The notes below the pieces were generated by a model, which was not told the origin of the DNA, ran no database searches, and worked only from the letters and a program-made list of their open reading frames with translations. The translations under genes and the position numbers were made by a program. A DNA stretch of 64,000 nucleotides from Octopus vulgaris (Eukaryota): contig OX597828.1 of assembly GCA_951406725.2 (NCBI GenBank), positions 57,412,001 to 57,476,000 of the forward strand, given 5' to 3'. Of the stretch, positions 39,736 through 55,554 are shown in pieces. Positions within the stretch are counted from its first letter, which is position 1, and each line of letters starts with the position of its first letter.

Positions 39736-41749
39736 ACACATTCACACACACACACGCATGCACACACACGCACACGCAGGCCTGTATCCTCACTCATTAC
39801 ACATAGTCTCGCCCGGTATACTGTCGCTACTTCGTTCTCTATAGATAAAACGGACTTTTATTCATTAATAGTTTCCAGCTATCTTTATGATCTACCTCCG
39901 CCACATCCTGTATTTCTGTTGTCTCGATATCTCTATAAACTGTTGGTACTCGAGAAATATACACATCTGTTTACTCGAAAAAGCAATTAGACTCGACTTT
40001 GGAAACTCTTATCCTTCTCACATTGAAATTGTTCATCATTACAAAGGAAGACGATAAGTAGGTTTATGTATATGGCAAATTGGAATTCTTAAAGTCTAGG
40101 AAATGAAGAAAAAGAAGAATTATATTTTTGAAACGAGAGATAGTGCATCGATAAAGGTAAAGAATTTATCATGGGTTCAGGAGAGAGGTTTTGTGGAATG
40201 AATACATATGGAAATTAGGTTGGGAATTGGATCGTTTTGCGTGTGTGTGTGTGTTTAGATAGAAAGGAGAGATTGTCGAGATGTGATAAACATCAAGTTG
40301 ATGTTCCTCGTGAGAGAGAGGAGAGAAAGGTAAGGGTACTTTTGTTGTTGATTCTAGTGTGTGTAACCTTTTGGTTCCATGAGACAGACATTTTTATTAC
40401 TCTGCTCACGTAGAACTTCATAACAGTAAAGAAATGTCCGCCAGAATTGCTAGAAAATCACTTCATGATTGGTCTTATCTGACATCACTACAGTTATATT
40501 CTTAATTCAATTGTTTCTAACAATGGCATAAGAGCAGCAACTTTGAAGAAAGGCGTTCAGTGGAGTTATTTTATTATAACGAATACTAAATAAAGTAAAG
40601 CTAACTTTGGAGAGATTTAAATGCAGAATAAAAGAACCGAAACTAATATCAGAAAGCATTTTTTCAGACGCCTTAGCGACACTGCCAATCCACCGGTCTG
40701 TATATTCGTAATGCTGTGCACTTATTGAGGGTAATGTAATTTACTTCACAAAAACTTTGCCTCTATGTCAATGTAGGAACACCATGTGGCTTATCCATTA
40801 TTGTTTTTGTTTTTTTTTTAACCCAGATCAGTTCCGTTGAACGAAGCCTACGTTCATAACACACTCTATCCTTCTACATTTGGTATATATTTATGCTTTT
40901 CTGTTGTTGAGGTTTTTTTAGATCTCTCATTTTCCAGTGTGCCCTTTTTAGTATGTTAGGTTGTATTCCGATATGAAGAAAATTTGATTACTATTTCTCG
41001 CAGGTCGAGCGTCATCACTGTGGATGTCTATTGAAGAGAACTGGGTATTTTACGAAGTTTACTTTCAAACGTTTATGTGCATACAGTATACCCATTTCTA
41101 CATTGAACCCAATTCTTTTACGTGTTCCTCAAAAAAGTACTATGGAATACACAATACCTTTACAATACCTCAGTCTCTGCCATGTAAGATATATAAGCAT
41201 TCATATTTAGCAGAAAGAAAGTAATATCTCCATGCATTTATGTAGGCTATTTGAAATATCGTACATATAAGCGAACAGCTGAAGCCTTCTAGCTGTTTTT
41301 CTTCTTTCTGTGAAGAATTTCGGTTATCTTCCTTTGCCAACGGAAGTAAGTTTCGTTTAAGTTCATTTCCATTATTGACAATATTCACGTTGTTATTGAT
41401 GTCCGTGATATTGATAATTGCTATCTTTAACAGTGCCCCACTTCTCTCTAACTCTCTCTCTCTCCTCTTTCACTCCCCCTCTATCTCTCCTCTTTCACTC
41501 CCCCCTCTCTCTAACTATCTATCTATATATCTCTATCTCAGCAATGCTGCCTGCCTATATATTCCAGTGAATTTTAAAAAGAATAACGTATTCTATACAT
41601 CAACTGCTGTTGTTCATATTCCTATGATTTTTATAGCAGCTGTTCTACTTGTAGCTCTACTTGCTGTTTACTAACGTCAGCTTCCATTAAACATACGAAG
41701 ACATTCCAGTTATGTCCACGTATCAAACATATTATATTCTGAAATAAAA

Positions 41750-42225
<476 letters not shown>

Positions 42226-43250
42226 CATACAATTTGATTCCCTGTGTCAAGAATTTCTAATAGGAGATATCTTACATATCTCTCTTATTAGGAAATGAAA
42301 CAAATACGGGAGAGCGGGAGAAAGAGAGAGAGAGAAAGATGTAACTTATTTCATGTATTCAATATCACGATAGTGAAGAAGAAGAAGAAGGAGGAGGAGG
42401 AGGTGGAGAAGAAGAACAAGAACAAGAACAAGAACAAGACCAACAACAACGAGGGGGATGAGTGGGTAGGTAATCAGATCATGAACCTGACAATGATTTC
42501 CATGACAATTATTCGGAATAGGAGACGGTGAAAAATTCTGTAATGTTGTTGTAACATTGTTGCTGTCGTCGGTGAGGCCACTCCTGCTGCTGCTGCTGCT
42601 GCGAAATTTATTTTTATTTCTCAAGTTCCAACTTCTAATGTCTGACAGGATAGAACGTATGTAATTACATCTAACTCTGTGACCACGTACATGATTAGAG
42701 TAAACGAATGTATATGTGACCTAGGTGGACTGTAAAATTATATTTATCGTGTATATGTTGCAGTTAATCTTAATGTACCACTCTGTACCTGACATTCCTT
42801 TCAAAATCAGTCAACGGATAAAATGAAATACTAAAAATAAGATCAAAGTTTCAGATAATGTTTAAAATTGTTCGATTTCAATCATCTTAAGAAAAAGTAA
42901 TGCTTATCGGCAAGGGTTTTCTATTTTATTTGGTTTTTCTTCAAAAACTTACTGTCTCCTGTCAATATTGAGGAATTTGGTTTCTTATTTCCAGCTTCCG
43001 TCCCAAGAGAGTAGTCGACATAAGAGCCTTGTCACTTCATGTTTACCATAAACCATACATGTAATTACGTATGCATGCCTATATGCATATATATATACAT
43101 ATATCAGTGTGTTATGCATACATGTATGTATGTATGTATGTATGTATGTATGTATGCATGCATGTATGTATGCTTCTTAATATGAGACTATCAACAAATA
43201 AGTATATAGTCGATACGGAAGTTAAATAAAAATGATACTCTGTGTTTGTG

Positions 43251-43307
<57 letters not shown>

Positions 43308-43335
43308 GTATAAAATATCTATACCATATATATAG

Positions 43336-43388
<53 letters not shown>

Positions 43389-43486
43389 TATATATATATA
43401 CCAATATATGTATATATATTTATATTTGTATACATATATATATAACATATATAATCTACATACACGTGCGAGCGCACACTTACACA

Positions 43487-43545
<59 letters not shown>

Positions 43546-44039
43546 TAACTACATACATACATACATATATAAACAGAGAATGGCTAAGAGATAGAGGGGT
43601 AGGGAGGGAATGAGACATAGAGAGGAAAAGTAAAGAAGTAGTTGAAAGTTTACACTTGATATCGAAGAATTTGGTCTTCTGGCTGGCATCGCCAGTCAGT
43701 ATCCCATGAGTCTTAATCTTTATGAGTTTAGATTTAGCTTTCTTTCTCTGTTCTTTTCTATGTTATTTTTAAATCAAACAATGTTAAAGTTGGAACATTT
43801 TTAGTATGAATATTACCCATGATTTATGCACTGTCTGTACAGATAATTACTTGAGAAGCATACGTTATGAGAGCAAACTTACTAACTATAATAAAGGATT
43901 TTGTCTGCTAGCAGTCGTTTAGTGTTATATCATCTTGCAGCAGATCTCTTATGACACCAAGAAAACTTTCTTTCTTTAAAGGAAATTGTGATGGAAAGAT
44001 TTCATTCCAAACTCAAGAGATTCTATTGTAATATATTTA

Positions 44040-44438
44040 TCTTTTGTTCTTTGTTTCAGTCATTAAACCGCGGCCATGCTGGGGCATCGGCTTGAATCTT
44101 TGAATCGAATGAATCAAATGAATCGACCCCGGTACTTATTCCATCAGTCTCTTTTACCAAACCACTACGTTACGGAGACGCAAACACACCAACACCGGTT
44201 GTCAAGTGGTGGTGACGGGGAAAAGCACAATCCTAAAAAGACAGATTTACTGCTGAAGCGAATGATATACGTATATGCAACGGGCTTTGTTCAGAGTCTG
44301 TCTGTCTACAAAATCCACACACAAGGCTTTGGTCGGCCCCAGGCTATAGTAGAAGAGAATTACCCAAGGTTCCACGCAGTGGGACTGAACCAACAATCAC
44401 ATGGTTGGGAAGCAAGCGCTTTACCACACATCTGTACC
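44040..44438 (-). mobile_element. SINE family A copy
   Basis: tgtttcagtcatt...cggccatgctgg...aaatccacacacaaggctttggtcggccc...gggactgaacc...ggttgggaagcaagc. Confidence 0.75.
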
Positions 44439-45079
44439 TAATATGTATGCTAACAATGAATGCTAAATTATTTGAGAGAAATTTAGAAAAATGTTGTAAA
44501 TCTTCTGCAATTCAATGTGAATATTTAAACAATGGCGACGTGTGATAAATTTGTTAAACTAACGATTTCTTCAACCCTGTTTTACTTTTATATTCAAGGA
44601 AAAGTTAAGTTAAACAGATGCGACCTTTTATTTACCCAGTACAATTTCGCTCGTATTTCTTTAAGCATCCAAAGCTAAAACTACACACATCACTATAGTC
44701 CCGCTGCATAAGTCCTATCATTGATTCCATTCTTTATGATGCTCTTTTTACTGCTGAAGCGAATGATTTTTACAGTTGTAATACCTTATATTCTTTCTCT
44801 TATTCTTTAATTCTATTATTCTTTTATATTCTTACTTGGTTCAGTCATTAGGCGGCGGCCATAATGTGGTAGGGCATTAGTCAAACAAATCGACTCCACT
44901 TCTCGTTTTATTTTAAAATCTGCTCCTTGGTCTATCGAGCACTCTTGTCAAACCGCTAAATTACGGGGACGTAAACAAACTAACACCAGTTGTCATGGGG
45001 TAGTGGGGCAAGCACGAAAATAAAGCTACACACACATGCACACATCCATGTATACGTACATACTTACATACACACACAA

Positions 45080-45125
<46 letters not shown>

Positions 45126-45555
45126 TAAATGAAAAAGTGGAAGATGGAAGATACGAAAATATTCATTAATCAAGCATCGATCCCTCACGGGTAGGATATT
45201 GAACAACTACCTCCGGAGCACCCGATGGTGCAGCTATGTCTCTTCGAGTGATAAATAGATATAAGTCGTTAAAATAACGATTACGCAATGTATCTTCTCA
45301 TTTCGTGTAAAATAACAGTAAAAAGTAACATAACATGAGTATTTGTATCACGTGATCACGTCACTGACTAGTCTATCAGATGTTGCTAGACATCGCTGAT
45401 CACAATGCGCTTCGCATTGTTTTTAACCTTCAAATGTCGCTACTCCGCTGGCTAAGAGAGCAGGCCAACAGAAGGAAGAGTGAGAGAAAGTCGCAGCGAA
45501 AAAGTGTAGCATCGATCGCCACCATCCCCTGCCGGAGCGTCGTGGAGCTTTAGAT

Positions 45556-45608
<53 letters not shown>

Positions 45609-46324
45609 CCGCTATGTATTTTGCCCAGCGTATTGACAGTTCCACCAGTTCACCAGTAATAATATTTCCCTCTCCGTATGTTGAACTGTAATCCGTAATT
45701 TGATTATGTATAAATTCTTCACATCATAAACAAATTTCAAAATGTAAGATTTCTTTACTGTCTATAATTCCAACAAACAACTCTCCAGAGGTGAAACCCG
45801 AGCTTAGAAACGCTTTCATATTTTCATAAGAGCAGATGTATAATGGGTGTGAGTGTGTGTGTACGCGCAAATCTGTGTTTACGTCTTTGACAGTCGATAG
45901 TCTCTATCTTAAAGAAACAATCACCTTTATTTTACACCAGCAAAATATCGAGTCACAAATGAGAAGCGTTAAAAAGCTTATCGTGATAAGATCATTTTTC
46001 TCATACGAAAATTCTTGTATATTCTTGCCTGCACAGTTTCCTTATTTTTAATCTAATCTACTTAATTATACGCCTACGTCTTCTCTTTTTCCTCCTCCTC
46101 CTCCTTCATCACTTTGTGTCTGTAACCCAATCCGCCCCCGCGCGCAAATACAAACACTAAATATTACCTGATACGTGTAGACTATAATGTACTGACATTA
46201 ATTTGGTTTCTCAATAATTAATGAATCGCTGCAAAACTTAATAAACAATCATCACGCACATACACACGCATCCAAACAAACATACAAGCTCACACCCGCT
46301 CGCGCTCGCGCACACAGAAGAATC

Positions 46325-46375
<51 letters not shown>

Positions 46376-46376
46376 G

Positions 46377-46461
<85 letters not shown>

Positions 46462-46468
46462 GTATATT

Positions 46469-46536
<68 letters not shown>

Positions 46537-46590
46537 TATATATGTATATATATATATGTACATATATATGTATATATATATATGTACATA

Positions 46591-46650
<60 letters not shown>

Positions 46651-47019
46651 TATACACGCACACACATACATATATAAACATATATATCTCTGTATTGCGT
46701 GCGTGTGCGTGTCTATGGGATTATTTATTAAATTATACGGCGAGCAATTTATTTGATTAACGTTGCGAAAACACAATTAGTTTTATAAAATGATTATGTT
46801 ACACAATAATTATATTCTTCTTCAGTTTCATCAAGCTGTTGGAGGTAGACAGAAGATTTTCGGAATATATATATATACGTCAATAATTACTTACTTTTCT
46901 TAATTAGAGAAACAATATTTTACATATCTTAGGGAAAATCTCAATATTTCTTGGCTTCAACTTCGTACAAAGCAGCGACCGTCGATCATTATTTCTACTA
47001 TCACCTTTGGAATCAAAGA

Positions 47020-47250
47020 AAGAACAGAACATGTTATGCCCATCGCTGTTGGGAAAACAAGGATGAAACATCCAGCGATTTCCGGCAATGGAAACTAACG
47101 CTTGGACATACAGTTATCGGTGTTCCAATACGAACATATATAGATCAACTTGTGGAAATCAATGGATATCCGGTTGAGGATATGAAGACTGCTATGGAAA
47201 ATAAAGACATTTGGCGTAAAAGAATTGCAGTGATTCATACAAATCAATAG
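47020..47250 (+). mobile_element. RTE-type LINE C-terminal fossil
   Basis: YAHRCWENKDETSSDFRQWKLTLGHTVIGVPIRTYIDQLVEINGYPVEDMKTAMENKDIWRKRI resembles YAGHCWRSKDELISDVLLW.P.HG....GRP.RTYI.QL.EDTG....DL..AM.DR..WR.RV. Confidence 0.8.
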
Positions 47251-48144
47251 ATAAATAGGTAGTCTTGAAAATATTTGATGTGCATCATGGGTACCAGTCG
47301 TTTTCCACTGATGTAACTGTTATATGTGGTGTTGTAATTTCGGTTGGGTATAATGATATAAGTCCGTAAACTTTTGAAAGTCTATATTAAATTATAAGTA
47401 GCACACAGTTCGCAGCAGAAAAGTAAATTTTATACTGTGCGGCTACTATTTTCCCTGGCTTAAAAATTATTTTATCGTTTCTTTTTGCGGAACCCATACG
47501 TTTCTTGTCACAAACAAGACTACACCGGCTTCCCAGTGGTGGTGGTGATATTAGTGATGGTTTGGGGATAGAAGCACAAAATAAACACAGAGACACAGCG
47601 TGTGTGTGTGTGTTTATGTGTGTGTGAGTAAAATTTTTCGTAAAAGATAAAATCTTTAGTTTTCAGTCATTTACATCCAAATAAACGAACACATGCTTCT
47701 AGTGATTTATAAGACGTGATTGGATGGGCTATGTTGTTCGATTCATCTACTTTTAGAATCAATAAACACATGTATATATTAAAACAATTCAAATAATAAA
47801 ATTCAAATGAGGTAAGAATTCTATTCGAGTACATAATGATGGCATAAAACCATAAGAAACGTGTATGTGCGCGGAGATACATGTAACCGAGGGAGATTAA
47901 AAATTGTAAATACCAAATATCATGAAAGGTAAAAGTCAGTTGTTTGGCGAGGGAGACTATCGAAAATATGATGAATACTAGCTCCAACTTTGGGGTCACA
48001 ACTATAAGCCTTGTTAAATAGCTGGTTAATCTTCAGGCGTTTGGTGTGAATGATTTGCATTGATTCATGCAAGTCTATAGACAAATAGGCAATCTTGAAA
48101 ATATGTCATGTGCATCATGGATACCACTGGAGACTGTTATTCAC

Positions 48145-48175
<31 letters not shown>

Positions 48176-49304
48176 GGAGAGAAAGAGAGAGAGAGAGAGA
48201 GACTTTTATTCAGCTTGTGATGAAACGCACTCCACTCGCAGAATACTATATATTATACGGAAAAATGTGTGTCGTTAGCCAGCTGGAAGAGATGTCTTTC
48301 TGGATCTCTAAACGGCAGTAGCACCGTCCTGTATAGGACGCCACACTTGGTTGGCAATTATATGTTACGATTCCTCATTGCTAGAGTTTACATCTCGCTC
48401 AGAGATTTAACGTAGCTAATGGTATCAAGATTTAGCACTAAATTCTTACTGAAACTTATACATGAATGAATGCGGTAATTCGTCAGCCGGAGTGGAACCA
48501 CCGTCGGTAATTGATTACCTCTACAAGTCACACCTATAACATTTGGTTTTTACGGTTCCATATACGTTTTTGTTCCATCTCTTCGTTCCATATATATATA
48601 TCTCTTCGTTCCATATATATATATATATATATACATACACAAAAGAGCATGCGCACACACATACATATATGTGTATATATTGTTGATTTGATATATTCTT
48701 GTGGCATTTCCACAAACCAGACATCACCATCCACCAGCAAAATCAATTAACAGTGCACATTTTTACAATAGTTGGATTATTGAGATAACATGAATACCGC
48801 TCTTTGAGTTTCTGTGCTTAGTAACTAGTGAAAGGCAGAAGCTGGATGACCAGTAATTCCATGAGATCGCTGATTTATAACCGAGTATATCTCTTCTAGA
48901 CGGATGATTTTATAACCCCTAGGAAATTTTCACTCCAGCAGATTTACTGCGCGCCCTGACAGCACCCAATGGTATCCATCCATCTCCGCTCTCAGGTGGA
49001 TTGTTATCATATATGCTAGTGAACGTGATGCTCTGGCTCGGGAGCACCAGCGCTTTGCAACGTGTGGAAGCACATCTTAGAGTGTCTGTGCGTTTAAATA
49101 CCTTTATGAAGAGTTCATGTCTGAATTACCACAAGCAGATATTAAGATTCACAGGAATTTTAATTACTTTTGTCAGTGAACCTTTCGCGGTCTCAAAGCG
49201 ACGAAACTGTTTGGGAAATTTAATCTAAATGTTGAAGTGACTTTAATGTTATTTGTTTGTTTTTAATTGGCTTATAAACACCTTCCACGATGCAATTGTA
49301 TATA

Positions 49305-49400
<96 letters not shown>

Positions 49401-49517
49401 TATATAGATATATATATATATACATATATATATACATATATATATATATACATATATATACATATATATATATATACATATATATACATATATATATACA
49501 TATATATATACATATAC

Positions 49518-49554
<37 letters not shown>

Positions 49555-49561
49555 GGGAGAT

Positions 49562-49600
<39 letters not shown>

Positions 49601-50159
49601 TAGAGAAAGAAAGAATTGGCAACAGAGAAAGAGTGTACTTATGTGTGTGTGGGCGACTCACTTTTGTTCATTTGTTTACAAGATAGACATGTTTTACAAA
49701 CCAAAAATTTTAGACAGTCTTTGACGAACAAAGACTAGAATTTGAAAGGAAATGTCTCCAGAACAAAAGGATTGAATGGAATGTCTATTGAAATATGAAA
49801 CTTATTGATACGTTGCTGGGGAGGAAAAAATATCTACTTCATATATCGAGACGGATTTTCGTTGATTTCTGTCTACTGGTGTGACAAAACATCAGTACAC
49901 GCTGCTCAAAAACACTGGTCTAAAACATATTAACTCGTAGGCGTTAATCACTTCAGTATTTCGAGTGTTCAAATAACTGTGTGCAATTCATATTTCCATA
50001 TATACATATATAAACTAGCACACACAGACACACACACATGAACGCAAACAGAGTGAAGAAATATCATACCCTCTCACTTAGAAATATCTTGTGATCGATG
50101 ATCAGACAGCAGTGAAGACACCACTGGCTGATTTTCTGTTACGCAATTTTATATACATA

Positions 50160-50380
<221 letters not shown>

Positions 50381-50599
50381 TTATATATCTATGTATATAT
50401 GTGTGTGTGTGTGTGTGTGTGAAATAAAGAAATAGTGTGTGTGAATATGTGTGTGTGTGTGTGTGTTTATATATATATGTAGGTTCTCTACTGTTTTTAT
50501 ATATTTGAAGTCTTCCCCCAAAGAAAATCTCGGGTTCCAACATGAATTCAAAGTTTCATCGTCGGAATCTAGATAACAAAGAGAAAAAATCACATTTTA

Positions 50600-50920
50600 A
50601 ACTTGGGAAACCTTTTGCCTAAGTTTACTCTTCAACTTACAGATTGTCAAGTTCGAATTCTCAGGTGCATCTTTTTTTTTTTTTCCTGAAAACTCTAACT
50701 TTTCTGGATCGTCGCTTACCCATGCTGTACCAAAAGCAAATCCACCAATGTTAATAGGTAAAAATGTGAATTTATGATCTGCATATAGAAGCTCGAAGAT
50801 ACGAAGCAACTGTCCGCAATTATCCTTCTTCTCTTTGGTTTTCGAAGAAGTTTTCGCATAAGCCGGGATGCTGTGCAGTACGGCAGTACTTGTATTTATT
50901 TGCTGGTAGATAACCGTTTT
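50600..50920 (-). mobile_element. Old RLE non-LTR retrotransposon endonuclease C-terminal fossil
   Basis: SIPAYAKTSSKTKEKKDNCGQLLRIFELLYADHKFTFLPINIGGF resembles SCP.D.N...K..EK...YG.L...L..LYP.Y.F...PIIIGALG. Confidence 0.55.
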
Positions 50921-52298
50921 TATTCCATTGTAGATAACATGAGATACGATGTCTTACCTAAATGCCTGGTAGTCTTTCAGAAATATTCTCACTGTTAACA
51001 ACATTCAAGCTAATGCTTTCTTTGTTGGGCTTTGCATCGTCTACGCTTGATGACAGCTTAAAATATTTTAACTTTTGGGTAGAAGGCAATTAATGGAGTT
51101 CTTTTATTACTGTATTTTATGGAAATGGGACTAAGAATTATGTGCTTTGAATAGGCCTATGTCTTTACATATGTATATGTGTATGTATAAATATAAAATT
51201 GTTGCTCGAAAACGGTAAAACAGGTTAGGAACTGGAAAGTAGAATATATAATATGCTAATCATTATTTACTCATATTTCAGGTTCTGGTATGACATGTCT
51301 GTCAGTATTAGTTACAATCACGAACGTTTTAAGCACAAAATGAACCGTTTAAATACAAGCTATGAAACGCATATTGTCGAATCTAACTTCCATTTATAGT
51401 CACGAACTGTTTGTTGTGAACTGAAACACACCAATCTCATGTACTAAATACTTAAATACATTGACAAATGATCATATTTGTGTACATTTTTAATTGCTCA
51501 CTGAAAATGTGCGTGTATGCATGTCTAAATGTATATGTTCCAGAGTGTATTTGCGCTTAAGAGAGGGGGGGAAAACTGAATAGGGAAGAAAAGCTGAACA
51601 ACAGCGAATGGGTGGTATGTGTGCGTTCGTGAATGAGTTTTATAGGTGTTTCTAAAGGAAAATAGGCCATTTCGATCACTTAATGGACATATGAGATACC
51701 ATTCAAGCAAATAAGATCGTTTATTTCTAACAGCGCATCATCGCATGCACAGAAAATCGTCGATAATCTCACGGATACATATGTAGTATCAATTTCAATA
51801 AATAGTTAATTGCATTCACTGACAAAGAGTGATAAATGCGGTTCTCCTTTCTTTTCCACTGGAAACCAAGCAGAATAGGATATTGCAGCTTTGCAAACTA
51901 CCCAGGAAAATTAACTTCAAAATAAATTATCAACTGGTGAATATTAACTAGCTTTCACTACCAACTGGATGAGCCCCACCAGTATTTCTACATATACATA
52001 CAACAGTTAATTGCTATTCCAGGGCCTGTTGTAAACTTTTCTGTTGTTGTTACGCTTCAGTAGAGCCAACGTGATTTGCGATCAATGATTTTCGATACCC
52101 TATGCTCCGTCATTTTCATTGAGACTCCGTATATGTAAGATCGAAGCAAATATAGTAACCTCATTTCTCATGGACATTTGAATGATTCGAATAAGACTTT
52201 GCAGCTATTTCTGGGAGGTTAAATGACCACGTAGATATATCGTATTTGACTCAACAGTCTATGTGTGTGTATTTGTGATTACACGTATCTATCTATCC

Positions 52299-52433
<135 letters not shown>

Positions 52434-52719
52434 TGTCTGTCTATCTGTTTTTCTGTTTCCCTCTTGCTCTCTCTCTCTCTTTCTCTAAGTATACATATAT
52501 ATATATATATATATATATTCCTGGTGAAGGCCCGTCGATAGGGTTGCCTTGGGTTTCCAGTCCTTAAAGGGTTTAACTTTATTGGATATAAAAGTCATAT
52601 ATCGTATTACAATAGCGGCAGCTCTTCAAATGCATATTACTATTTTCTTATATTCTTTCTTAACTACCTACAAAATAAGAGAATAAAAGTTAAAATACAA
52701 TATAACAACATGTAGTTCC

Positions 52720-53460
52720 TTGAAGGAACTTTAGGGCCGTCGCCGAGACATGCGGTGCACCACTGTCTCCCATCTTCCGTGGTGGATTGTGAGATCTCAG
52801 GAATTTAAGTTTCACTGTTCTATTCATGATCTTAAGCTTCACATTTTTTCCTGTCTGATACTTATTTTGAATTTAACAATTCCTTTGAAAATAATCGTTT
52901 CCAAGCTCTTAAGTCTACGCCATCTCATTTTTCTCACATTGATTTTTGTAAAAAGCACACCTGCTTATTCGTGCTTCACGTGGAGGATGCGTATAATTTA
53001 GTAGTAGCTGGTTATTTGCTGTACCTGTATCTCTCTTTCCGTCTTTTCAATGTGGATCCACGTCCCACATACATAAAGAAAGAGTGATATTGTTTATTAA
53101 TGCACGCATGTGACTGATCATGTTATTCATATTCATGTCTCTGATGCTGCACATGGGTACGCGCAGTCAATCTATGTGTGGCTTTCGATCTCAAATATCT
53201 CTAGATATTCATAGTGCTAGACAATATCTAGCTTAATCAAAGAAGTCAATTCACGCAACGGATGTTTACTTCCTGCTGGTCTGTCACTGCAGTTAGCAAT
53301 GTTTGGTCTTGTGATGTTTCTTCCTCGCATATTGACACGGTTTTCCAGGCCATCGCAGACGATCAGCTCCAGTAAACCGATGAAGTGAGTGACAGGGAGA
53401 AAAGTAGCTTTGAATAACACCTACTGTGTTACAAAGCCAACATCTGAAAATATTTTGTCT
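52720..53460 (-). mobile_element. RTE/BovB-like reverse transcriptase fossil
   Basis: TVGVIQ, then LPVTHFIGLLELIVCDGLENRVNMRGRNITRPNIANCSDRPAGS, resembling LSPTLFNIFLERIMTDALE..VSIGGRTITNLRFADDIDGLAGE. Confidence 0.6.
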
Positions 53461-53699
53461 AGTTCGAGCCTGGCTGCCTTCTTATGAAAATCTTATTTAT
53501 CATGAATGGACTTTGGGATGCATAATAAAATTTCAGTTTCGGTCAACCAAATCCACTCACAAGATTTGGTCGGCACAAGGCTGTATTCGAATCACTTGCC
53601 CAAGCTTCTACACAGTGGAACTGAGCCCGGAACCATATTGTTGAGAAGCAAGTTTCTTACCGCAGAGCCACGCCACATATATGGTAGAATGTATATATA

Positions 53700-55530
53700 T
53701 ATATGTAACAAAAATCAAAATGGATGACAGATATTCGTAGGCGAATTTTCTTTATCATGGGAATACAAAATACATAAACAATTCATCGAGATTTAAGGCT
53801 TCATGGGCTCCAATATTACAATCCAAAGAAAAGCAGAATTACAAAACCTTATGATCGTTTCAAAGAGTGCGTTTGTAGTTGGCGATTTTTCCAGCCGATA
53901 CAAATAGTTGCGTTTCTCTCATCAGAGGTACAAATAAATCGATTACAATAGTTTAAAAATTGAGAATGCTTAGAATATCTCCTACTTACAAAACTTGAAG
54001 TAATATCGAGAAATGGGATATTTAGGTATCCTAACATGTATGATAATAATAACAACAACAGCAACATCAATAATAATAATAATGATGATGATGATGATGA
54101 TGATAACAGTAACACCAACAACGGCAAACTGGAAGTAGAAATGCGAGAAAACGGGAAGTTTATGATTTAACCCCTTTTTCCCTGCAGGTTAAAAATCTCC
54201 CTAAGATATTTTTTTAATATCGTCGATAAGGATATCCCTGTGGCTCATGAATACCGGTGTATCTTTAATAGAACCTGTCAAAAACATTCAAACCTAATTA
54301 CACCTAATTTAGGATCAATAATTTCAGAAAACAATGCGTTCAAGCTTGGAAATAACGAGAATATGGGCAGCTACAATACGAGTAGGATTAATAATAACAT
54401 AGATAAAGAACGCACTGAGATGAGAAACCAAAAATAAAAGCCTACAATTAATTGAACCGCAATTTCTCTCCATGATGGAGTCCCGAACCCAGGCAAAAAA
54501 CGCAACAGCGCTGGTTACATATTTTAACAAACTAAAAATGCGAGATAAGGAATTTAGATTAGACTGGTCGATCATAACGGAATTCACCCCATGTAAAACG
54601 TATACTGGAAGATGTAACTTATGTACGAACAATGCAGTTAGTATAATTTTTGCAACAAGAAAATTCCAATTAATAAGATATCGGACGTTATAAATGCATG
54701 TAGGTATTAAAATTTTGCTACATTTAAGTTTTTTAAAAGTAGAAAGGATAGAATCCGAACTTATGAACATCGACTTACCTTAATAAAATAATACTTTCCT
54801 CCAGTTTGGTTAGATTTGATCAACTTAATATTTAAGCGTAAACTTCTTTATACATTGACATCTTAGTAATTTACGGGCTTAGCGTCGCATTCGAACCTAT
54901 TAACCTGCTATATATAAGTTGTAAGTTAACGATCATTGTAAATTGTAAATCACAAGTATCAGTCAATTTTTAGGCCATTCTCACTAACATTCTGCATATA
55001 TGGATTCACCTTACTTTAATTATTTACTATCTTTAACTATCAGCAATCCAACTGCCGTAAGATGTTATTTGAGTCCATATTTTATTTTATTTTGTTTTAT
55101 TTTACAAATATTTTAATTTTCACTTTCATTCGCACACATATTTTACTTCACAACGTTTTCCACTCCACAAAACATTTCTATATCCTTGTGAACTTTTTAA
55201 AAATACTATAACACTTTTTTAAAAATGTGTTTCTCGATCTGACTTCAAGCTCTGTAAGTAGGAAATATTTTAAGCTTTCTCAATTTTTAAACTATTTTAG
55301 TCGATTTATTTTATTTTAAGAGAAATGCCGCTATTTGTATCAGCTGGAAACCAATACAAACGCACTCCTCGAAATAATCGTAAAGTTTTGTAAAACTGGT
55401 TTTCTTTGGATTGTCGTATTGGAGCGCTTGAAACCTAACATCTCGATGATTTTTTATGTATTTTTTATTTCCATCATAAAGGAACTTGACCTACGAAAAC
55501 CTTTCATCCACTTCGACTTTTGTTATATTT
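53700..55530 (+). mobile_element. Penelope-like element remnant: GIY-YIG region (54140-54740) bracketed by inverted terminal repeats (pLTR-like)
   Basis: Translates as FFNIVDKDIPVAHEYRCIFNR, PNLGSIISENN and NATALVTYFNKLK...LDWSII...GRCNLC. 53700-53920 is the reverse complement of 55315-55530. Confidence 0.8.
53846..53929 (-). ncRNA. Candidate type I hammerhead ribozyme in the Penelope pLTR
   Basis: ACCT CTGATGA GAG...long stem II...CTCTTT GAAA CGATCA TA AGGT. The partner copy has ctc GAAA taatcg TA, implying an ancestral palindrome ACGATCGT. Confidence 0.55.
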
Positions 55531-55554
55531 TGGTCAAATCAAACATTAACTAGG

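Noticed and set aside
41170-41388. 72-aa minus-strand ORF
   Set aside because: It starts at GTG, runs out of simple sequence and has no recognisable homology.
49165-49215. Partial hairpin plus GAAAC resembling a hammerhead
   Set aside because: No CUGANGA-like core or stem I can be drawn.
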